A program made the position numbers and the translations under genes. DNA of 64,000 bases from Cyanobacteria bacterium SIG27 (GTDB taxonomy: Bacteria > Cyanobacteriota > Vampirovibrionia > Gastranaerophilales > Gastranaerophilaceae), in contig SUTT01000002.1 of assembly GCA_015152565.1 (NCBI GenBank), forward strand, positions 18,788 through 82,787. Reading direction: 5' to 3'. The notes under the pieces are model-generated. The model ran no database searches and was not told the origin of the DNA. It worked only from the letters and a program-made list of their open reading frames with translations. Below, one piece after another: positions 31,101-37,625 of the stretch (positions within the stretch are counted from its first letter, which is position 1; each line of letters opens with the position of its first letter).

Positions 31101-32138
31101 ACTTGTTTCTTCTAGTAATCTGTCATCGTAAAATTGAATATATGTTGGTTTATTTTCATCATATTCTGCTGTACCTTTTTTATTAACTACACGAACACCA
31201 ATGTGTTTATAAACTTCTTTGGTTTCTTCAGAAGTCATATCAGGTAAAACACCAAGAGATAATGTGCTATTTGGGTCGATTTTAAGCATATTATAGTATG
31301 GAGATTTTTTGCCCCATTTTAAAACGTGCTGTACTAATGGTGATTGTAGACCTTGCGATGTAAAAGCACCATCTGCAACATAGCCTTTACCTTTTTTGAA
31401 TAATTCAAAAACAAATTCTTTAAAATCATCCAAATTACTGCATTGATAGTGGTTAGCAGGCCAGTAACCATGGCTTGATATTTGGTCGTCACTGATATCT
31501 GGAGTTGTCATACAATATCCATAATTATCAAGCTCATTGGTATTTTTTAATAGCCAAGTTAAACCTTTAATGTTTCCGCCAATTTTATTAAAGTGATTTC
31601 TAACAAAGTCTTTTTTAATGTCAATTCCATCTTGCGAAGTTTTTAAAACAACGTCACTATCAAGAAAACTATGGCGCATAGAGCCACCTTTAGGTGAAAC
31701 ACCATAAAAACGACCTTGTTCAATTACATTCATCTTATCGCTATTAACAATTAAGCCGTTTTCGTCGATTTCGCCTGCAAGCCCAATTGTTTTAAACGAA
31801 TCAACTTCATATCTTAAAAATTTACCGTCTTTATCTTCAATTCTATATCTATAAGCAAAGCCTGAAGAAACATCTCTAAAAGCTTTTTGACTAACTTGCA
31901 ATGTATCATCTGTTTTAAAAGGAAGAGAATTAATATGTTCTATTTTAGGTTTTTTGTAGCCATCTGTTTTTTCATCAGGATGTAAAAATACAAATTCAAG
32001 AAAAACTTTCTCATCTTTTGAATGAGGCGGAGCAATAAACTTAAAAACAGGGGTGTTTTTAATGCTATAAGCACCTTCCATACCTTTAAAATTAATATTT
32101 TTATTAGTTGCTTTAATGTTATTAATTGAGAAATCCAT
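28146..32138 (-). CDS. 1330-aa GH13 (alpha-amylase superfamily)-like giant protein with atypical region I and very long insertion
   Basis: GGNIKGLTWLL...SSHGYWPANHY is the TIM-barrel start. GYVADGAFTSQG is region I, with the usual NH replaced by TS. NWRFDAAKDIG is region II with the Asp present. IINELTAMGE is region III. FYNNHDKP is region IV. The N-terminus is MDFSINNIKATNKNINFKG. Confidence 0.65.
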   Translation of the reverse strand: MDFSINNIKATNKNINFKGMEGAYSIKNTPVFKFIAPPHSKDEKVFLEFVFLHPDEKTDGYKKPKIEHINSLPFKTDDTLQVSQKAFRDVSSGFAYRYRIEDKDGKFLRYEVDSFKTIGLAGEIDENGLIVNSDKMNVIEQGRFYGVSPKGGSMRHSFLDSDVVLKTSQDGIDIKKDFVRNHFNKIGGNIKGLTWLLKNTNELDNYGYCMTTPDISDDQISSHGYWPANHYQCSNLDDFKEFVFELFKKGKGYVADGAFTSQGLQSPLVQHVLKWGKKSPYYNMLKIDPNSTLSLGVLPDMTSEETKEVYKHIGVRVVNKKGTAEYDENKPTYIQFYDDRLLEETSQVDGKLHFTYDKAPADHYEITTHQDSVQPYAFEVDANDAKLKVFKNKNAVLLTELDAVDDFLTFPNYRIVAKNKVGGATFWDGNVDIIKMNLSNPDRQNPANVKGFIDARDYLYGVASYWAETFQSHLILESAKLPEEELKKVAEANGVDNERFGKIKNVLSKLESMVLGEDKKTAKDYVAEFPLQSLETSEELSAIFAQKEFTKALLTPETSEKVLKIFNDTIEGAIPAQFKGNEDYRTYVEKTYGVEILRHIYASALNPDAVSGGKIDIEKLKQVTLKSLESHKSIDPQDEVKQVVSKIKAGLSDKSTATLQDRMKKELSGISLDKFKLAEAVVIQGKGGLNWRFDAAKDIGDLDAVRDKKAQLDIIFNGEKYNPGIMDFFDRFIANIRKYNKAPYIINELTAMGEFTSFPDGTWEDADFAEKVYRPFDAKMTEAWIQAGRPTKYEERPVYLQQVNFINKTNSTTVSEYAKGFNAFSKFAGVDPEWGSDVSGQAGNLCELKNAMEELMIYNQPNAAIYSHMFYNNHDKPTVMHCFPLDMSVFLSGDLSKLKDTKQIIELTGRKDLDKLCPKAVAVGLAMRKTIDELYPDVKDDAKATKKNKTIREKLYKSLENLVNGKKDANSAPSFKRAESFGVKPYEITIRDVLKGADMDSEDNLLNFHSTMLKDAMIYNERLWQVMNACVGIPTLYGGGEFAQTGYESSSKNMYLGIRNQIQHQLKDDPRYKPYYTKMQETSGLYQNPGLSALRNGAPISCEAIGDTLPIKKELSELNKKYATKEINDGALGYFVGQIQNYLKEKDAMSVEELFKELAKLSSNTEALNKFLKDTLKIDSDANNKNHETFAKNIEIVRQTLDEKIVLDEKLENADKTIIWPVFKKDSTGSQTLSIVTNLGLPYGEASFKDSESAKEIKPHKIITGSIELKDKNGRCPVYIPEGYELRRFGAPNEIFEIVEGCLKPKNGEFFLKDTVTTFYLAKKALKTAM

Positions 32139-32188
32139 AGCTCTTCCTTATATTAATATTCTTCCCTATTTGAGGCTTTCTTTAACTT

Positions 32189-34090
32189 TTACACATATTT
32201 TTGTTGCATTACATTTTGAGGATTTGATAATTTTTCAATATCGGCGTTGTCGATTTCAAACACGCAAGCTCTGCTTGAACCAAGTTCAACTGTCACAGAA
32301 CCATCTTTATTGTTTTGGAATTTACAATTATCACCATAGCTTGGCATTAAGTTATTGAATTTTTGTTCAGCTTTTAAGCCCGGGATTTCAATTCTTCCGC
32401 CAACTTTTTGATTTACATTTCTATTACCTATGAACAACAGTGTTTTTCCGTCTTTATGTCTTGCAAAAGCAACAATTTCAGGATTGTTTGTAGGTAATAC
32501 TATAAATGAACCTCTGGTGATAACATCTTGGGCGTCATTCATTTGAAGTTTAGTTTTTCTTCCTACAACTTCGTTATATTTATTGTTTCTTAGTGCGAAT
32601 GCGGCTTTAACCGTATTTGAAATTTCAGGAGAGTCGCCACCTGGTCTTCTTGATTTATTGAAGATGTCCATTCTTCCTGTATGAACTGTGCATTCGTGAT
32701 TGTCAGTTTGAGTTTCTTTAACTAATGCATGGTCATAAGGGAAAATGTAGTAATCGCCCGTTTGAACACCGTCTGTCATATATGGATTAACTTGTGGCAA
32801 CATTGCTTGAAGCGTTGTTGTAAACATTACCCAAGGAGCTCCGCCGTATAACATTGGAGAGCGGTCATCGTGAGTTGCAAAAGAACCGATTAATGATTTA
32901 GGCTTTCCAATTTCGTTGTTCATTTCAATATTTTCACGAACATAGTCATATAAATCTTGTGCTTTTAGCCAATCTGAATAGATATGATATTGACCATAAT
33001 AGCTATCAAAACCAACCTCAAGAAGCTCTTGTGGTCTATCGTATGGCATATTAAGCTGTGGTGAAGCGTCTTCATGGGTGTATGTTTCAGCTAACCAACC
33101 AAATTCTGGGTCTTTTGCTCTTGAATAGTTAATAATAACATTCCAAAACTCAACTGGTTTTGCTCTACCTACGTCAGCTCTGATACCATCAATTCCAAGT
33201 TCAATACAAGCATCAACATATTGTTTGTGCATATCTAATAATGGTTTATTTAGTTCACGAGTTTGTTCATTAACAAAAACTTTGAACATTCTGATATCTT
33301 GCCAGCCTTGAGGAACTTTTTCTTTTCCGTCAGCGCCAATTGCCATCATTTCAGGATGAGCTTTTGCAAAATCAACCGAAGCACAAGACGGCAAGTCTAA
33401 CATAACTTTTTGTCCACGTTTGTGACATTCTTCAATATAATATGCAAATTGTGAAAAACGAACATTTACGTCATTTTTGTCCATTTTTTCAAGCTTTTTG
33501 CCTGTTCTTTTTTCGTAAATTTCTTCAATTCTTTTTCTTGCTTCTGCTGGTGGATTTTCATCAACAAGTTCTGGGTCAATTGCTAAAGAACCATCGCTTT
33601 CAACAAACAACGCTGGAGCGTATAGCGAACCTGCTGTCCCCATAGCTTTAGATTTTCCAGGTGGATGAACAGGTAAAACGTGTTGAGTGTTAAATCCTAA
33701 ATTAGAAAATTCATCTAATCTTTCAACTGCGTTAACAAAAGTCCCAACTTTTTCATCCCCTTGAATTAATTCGTTGCCGTCTTTGTCTTGAGAATTCATA
33801 ATTCTTGGAATAACAGCAATTATGTTAGCTTCGTTATGAGTTAACATGCTTTTTAGAGTGTTTCTGTAACCTGGAACATTTTTTTGTGCATCAGTTAGAT
33901 TAACGTTTACTAGCGCATTTGGTGCTAAAATTTGCTTGTTTTGAGCTAAAAGAGTTTGCGCTAAAAGAGGCGAAAACGCAACAACACTTTGAATTTGAGG
34001 TTGTGCTTCAACTTGCTTTTCTTGTGGTTTAGCTTGTTGCACATTCGCATATTTAACTAGCATTGGACTGATTGCTTGAATGTTGCTCAT
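32189..34090 (-). CDS. GH13 family enzyme, GlgE-like (alpha-glucan maltosyltransferase-like) by motif resemblance
   Basis: 633 aa. Motifs seen are VLPVHPPGKSKAMGTAGSLYAP, GIDGIRADVGRAKPVEFW (region II), GWLAETYT (region III) and SFATHDD (region IV). The N-terminus is MSNIQAISPML followed by a Q/P-rich linker. No signal peptide is present. Confidence 0.75.
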   Translation of the reverse strand: MSNIQAISPMLVKYANVQQAKPQEKQVEAQPQIQSVVAFSPLLAQTLLAQNKQILAPNALVNVNLTDAQKNVPGYRNTLKSMLTHNEANIIAVIPRIMNSQDKDGNELIQGDEKVGTFVNAVERLDEFSNLGFNTQHVLPVHPPGKSKAMGTAGSLYAPALFVESDGSLAIDPELVDENPPAEARKRIEEIYEKRTGKKLEKMDKNDVNVRFSQFAYYIEECHKRGQKVMLDLPSCASVDFAKAHPEMMAIGADGKEKVPQGWQDIRMFKVFVNEQTRELNKPLLDMHKQYVDACIELGIDGIRADVGRAKPVEFWNVIINYSRAKDPEFGWLAETYTHEDASPQLNMPYDRPQELLEVGFDSYYGQYHIYSDWLKAQDLYDYVRENIEMNNEIGKPKSLIGSFATHDDRSPMLYGGAPWVMFTTTLQAMLPQVNPYMTDGVQTGDYYIFPYDHALVKETQTDNHECTVHTGRMDIFNKSRRPGGDSPEISNTVKAAFALRNNKYNEVVGRKTKLQMNDAQDVITRGSFIVLPTNNPEIVAFARHKDGKTLLFIGNRNVNQKVGGRIEIPGLKAEQKFNNLMPSYGDNCKFQNNKDGSVTVELGSSRACVFEIDNADIEKLSNPQNVMQQKYV

Positions 34091-36420
34091 TATTTAGCAC
34101 CTCCGTTTTCATCTTGTGGAAATTCTTTTTTGATATTTCCAAAGAATGGTTGAACTAGCAGTGTAACTGCAATTAGCGCTCCTGTCATTGGAACAAATAT
34201 ACTCTTCCAAGCTTTGTTGTTTCCGAATGCTTTAGCACATTTTTTAGCTATATCCATAAATGAACCACAAGCCAAATAATCCATTGTTGGTGCAGCTTGA
34301 CTGCTGTTTTTGAATATTGTTTTTAAATTATCAACAATTGCTTCAATGTTTGGCATTATTTCTTTTTCATTTGCAAACACATTGCCTTTGAAGATTTTTT
34401 CTAATACCGCATTATATTCATTAGAATTTGGATTGTATCCATTACATTTTGCAACAGAAATTGTTCCATCGTATAGAATTTTTCTTGCAAGAATTAAATC
34501 ATCAGCTGATAAAGCGTCTTTTAAATCACCTTTTGCAAGTCTTCTTTCAAAGTTAGCGCAAATCAAAGCTTTTGATTTAATAGCGTTAGTATCGATTTCT
34601 TTAACTTCAATAAAGCTGCGTATAATGTTTAATAGATTTGGCTCTGTTTCGCCACCGCCCATAACAGCTTTCATAAGGGTTTCAACATCAGCTTTATCAA
34701 AACCTTCAAGTTCTAAATCAGCAATAATTGATTTAAGATTGTCTGCATCTTTTAATTTTGCAACAACTTCTTCTACGCCTTCAAGATTTTGTTTTGGCAT
34801 TAGACTTTGTAAGAATTTTTTGTACTCATCATCTGATAAATCTTTAACTTTGTCTGATATTGTTTTGGATAAGATATCAATTACAGCGTCGTCATCTTTC
34901 TTTCTGATTTCGAGAAGTTGTTTTCTGTTGTATCCTAAAACTTCAAAAAGTTTTGCTGTTGATTTATTAAAGCTTGAAGTGTAAACTGATTCTGCTTTTG
35001 AACCAACTACAGGATTAACCATATCAACATAAGCACGAGCTCTGGCTCTCATTGTGGCTAATGGACCTTGATTGAAAGATTTAATAAATTCAAAGAATTT
35101 TTCATCGTTTGTTTTTGCAACAGCTTGAATATGTTTTTTGCTTTCAGAAGCAAGTGCATATTGTGGATCTTCCAGAACTGAAAGCACTTTTTTGAAGCTT
35201 AAATCATCGCCAATTGCGCCCATAATCTTCTTAACATCAGCGTCACTTAAAAGCGCACTTGTTTGTTTAGCTACTTGTTCAACTTCATCATCGTCCACAA
35301 CAAACTGAGCAACAGGGTCAGAAGCTACAATTGATAATGATTTTCTTAAAAGCGTTTCTAATTCATCTTTATCAAATTCAGAGAATTTGCCAGATTTTCT
35401 TAAATCTTGCAAAGTTTCTGCCATTCTTGTTGGATTATAGCCTTTGAATACTTTTTTATCGTCAGCATCTTTAAAAGCACCCAAAAAGTCGCTTGGAACA
35501 AGAATATCTGACAATTGTTTAAAGAAATCATCATCAAGCGCTTTGCCTTCATAATTTTTAATTAAGGCATCAATTGCACTATTATCAACGTCCATTGGGC
35601 TAACGTTTTTGATATGGTCAGAAATTCCTGAATTTGTTATATTTTTAACTTTGTTGAAATCGTTTTTAATAACGGCATCTTGAATTTTTGGCTCAATAAA
35701 GTCACCAAACAAAGCGGTTAATAACGGTGTTGCGCCGCCTGCTGTTGCCATCCATAGAGTTCTATTTTGAAGAGCTGTTTTTCTTTCTTTTTCTTCGATT
35801 TTTTCTCTACCATTTTTAGAATCGTAATCAATTCCAGCTCTTTTAGCTTCTGCTCTAAGTTCTTTTTCATCTCTAGCATCTTTTACGATAAATTGGTTAT
35901 CTAACCAATAATCTTTTTTATCGCCTTGAGCTGAGATATATTTTCTATCAATTCTAAAACCATGAACTAATCTTGCAGGAATATTGATAAAGATTTTTGG
36001 CCATAATGACATTACGCTTAGGAATGTTGCGCCACCAACAAAACGCATGATTGATTCTGTTTTTGTTTTAGAATGCGCTGCAAGATATGTTGCGATAATT
36101 CCTGAGCCAAGAACCAAGCCAAGGTCATTAATTCTTCCAAGGCTGTTATCGCCCATTTTTCCTGTTTTAACTGCTGTGAAGAAATTTCCGGCATCTTTTA
36201 TGCTGTCTTTAACAGCAGTAATTGGGTTTCCGAGCATTCCCTCCTTAACCATAACTGCTTTTGCTTCGTTTGGTTTAACTTCATTTGCTCTTTTTTGCAA
36301 ATCTTGATAAATTTTTTCGTGGCGATTGTTTGGTTTTTGAGCGCCTGTTTGGGTTTGAGATTGAATTGGAGTTTTAGCTCCGCCTATTCTATTTTGTAAA
36401 AGTGGGCTTAGAGTAGTCAT
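34090..36420 (-). CDS. Polytopic membrane protein (about 776 aa) with long helical soluble domain and C-terminal TM; unknown family
   Basis: The preferred ATG at 36420-36418 overlaps the upstream stop (TAATG) and gives MTTLSPLLQNR. TM segments include LGLVLGSGIIATYLAA, FVGGATFLSVMSLWPKIFI, LWMATAGGATPLLTALFG and the C-terminal IFVPMTGALIAVTLLV. Its stop overlaps the next ATG (TAATG). Confidence 0.7.
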   Translation of the reverse strand: MTTLSPLLQNRIGGAKTPIQSQTQTGAQKPNNRHEKIYQDLQKRANEVKPNEAKAVMVKEGMLGNPITAVKDSIKDAGNFFTAVKTGKMGDNSLGRINDLGLVLGSGIIATYLAAHSKTKTESIMRFVGGATFLSVMSLWPKIFINIPARLVHGFRIDRKYISAQGDKKDYWLDNQFIVKDARDEKELRAEAKRAGIDYDSKNGREKIEEKERKTALQNRTLWMATAGGATPLLTALFGDFIEPKIQDAVIKNDFNKVKNITNSGISDHIKNVSPMDVDNSAIDALIKNYEGKALDDDFFKQLSDILVPSDFLGAFKDADDKKVFKGYNPTRMAETLQDLRKSGKFSEFDKDELETLLRKSLSIVASDPVAQFVVDDDEVEQVAKQTSALLSDADVKKIMGAIGDDLSFKKVLSVLEDPQYALASESKKHIQAVAKTNDEKFFEFIKSFNQGPLATMRARARAYVDMVNPVVGSKAESVYTSSFNKSTAKLFEVLGYNRKQLLEIRKKDDDAVIDILSKTISDKVKDLSDDEYKKFLQSLMPKQNLEGVEEVVAKLKDADNLKSIIADLELEGFDKADVETLMKAVMGGGETEPNLLNIIRSFIEVKEIDTNAIKSKALICANFERRLAKGDLKDALSADDLILARKILYDGTISVAKCNGYNPNSNEYNAVLEKIFKGNVFANEKEIMPNIEAIVDNLKTIFKNSSQAAPTMDYLACGSFMDIAKKCAKAFGNNKAWKSIFVPMTGALIAVTLLVQPFFGNIKKEFPQDENGGAK

Positions 36421-37421
36421 TAGCACACCTCGTATTCTTTATTTGTATCAACTTTGGTTTTAACAGTATCGGGTTTATGTTTAAATCCAATTGTTGGAAT
36501 TAACCAAGTTAAGAATGTTGCAACAGCGGAACCGATAATCAAAGCTTTTCCGCCAAATTTAGTTAAGATATTTCTTTCATTGCCGTCCCATAATTGAATA
36601 GCTGCTTTTTTGAGTGTTTGAACCCAGCTTCTTGGGCTTTTTAGGTTCATATCCCCAAATGCTTCTTGGAAACCATAAGCAACACCAGTTGCAGCAACGA
36701 TATATTTGCCGATATTTTCTAGGGCTGTTGTTCTTGCTTTAACGCCTCTGATTTTTTCGCTTGAAGTTTGGTTTGAAGCATTTAATTTATTTTTAAAACC
36801 TGCTTTTTTAACGATTTTATCGTCATGATAGTAAGCATTTCCGTGGTTTAGCTCAGCGTCTTTTGTTAATAAGTCAGAACGATAGAACTGAACTGAATCA
36901 TAAACTCCTGGGTATTGGGTTCTAACAAGTCCTTTTTCTTGTCCTGGTTCAGGAAGTTCGTTTACTTTTTTAACATAACGCATATCGAGGTCAATGCCTG
37001 TTGAGCCATATATTCCAGCTCTTGCTAGTCTTTGATATGCCCATTTTCCAAGTCCATAAAAAATAACGCCAGCGCCCATTTTTTTAGCTACAGAATTAGC
37101 TGCTGATTTATCCATAATATTGAAAGCTTTGTTTGCTCCGCAATATAAACCAATCATAAGAGCGCTACCGACTAAATATGGGACTTTACCCATTGCTAAG
37201 TATTCGTAAAAATCGCTATTTTTTGAACCAGCAAAACCTTTTGGAAAATATGTAAAAACATCATTATAAAGTTGATGTGCGTCGGCTTTTAAGCCAGTCA
37301 AAAGAGTTTGCTTATGAATATGTGATTCGTTTTTGTAATATTTTTCTTTCTTTTCCTCGTTAGATACTAAATATCCAACTTTAGGCAGATTTTCAACACT
37401 CGGACTTGTAATTTGTTGCAT
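36420..37421 (-). CDS. Polytopic membrane protein (about 333 aa), paralogous to the N-terminal module of the 34090..36420 product
   Basis: The preferred ATG at 37421 gives MQQITSPSVENL and is preceded by GGGG. TM segments are VPYLVGSALMIGLYCGA, GAGVIFYGLGKWAY, IGKYIVAATGVAYGF and ALIIGSAVATFLTWLIPTIGF. The RTTALEN-x-TM motif is shared with its neighbour. Confidence 0.7.
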   Translation of the reverse strand: MQQITSPSVENLPKVGYLVSNEEKKEKYYKNESHIHKQTLLTGLKADAHQLYNDVFTYFPKGFAGSKNSDFYEYLAMGKVPYLVGSALMIGLYCGANKAFNIMDKSAANSVAKKMGAGVIFYGLGKWAYQRLARAGIYGSTGIDLDMRYVKKVNELPEPGQEKGLVRTQYPGVYDSVQFYRSDLLTKDAELNHGNAYYHDDKIVKKAGFKNKLNASNQTSSEKIRGVKARTTALENIGKYIVAATGVAYGFQEAFGDMNLKSPRSWVQTLKKAAIQLWDGNERNILTKFGGKALIIGSAVATFLTWLIPTIGFKHKPDTVKTKVDTNKEYEVC

Positions 37422-37625
37422 AGTGACCCCAAACAAATACCCACAATTATATAAACAACACTAAATTTGAAATTTTGCCATTTCATTTAAATATTCTTAA
37501 CAATTATTAATAACGTAAAATGTACACCCAATCTGTTTTTGAGGTCATGACAATCATTAACTACAACACCATTAACGAATATTTATTTGTTGCAAATAAT
37601 ACTGAAAATTTTGTACAATATTATT

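Noticed and set aside
34310-34984. Long antisense ORFs inside large genes (34310..34984, 35984..36307, 55256..55696, 56336..56824, 10228..10551, 29212..29529, 17005..17328 and similar).
   Set aside because: They are Ser/Phe/Leu-rich shadows of Lys/Glu-rich coding strands. They have no RBS, and the sense-strand genes carry clear family motifs or a much longer open frame.
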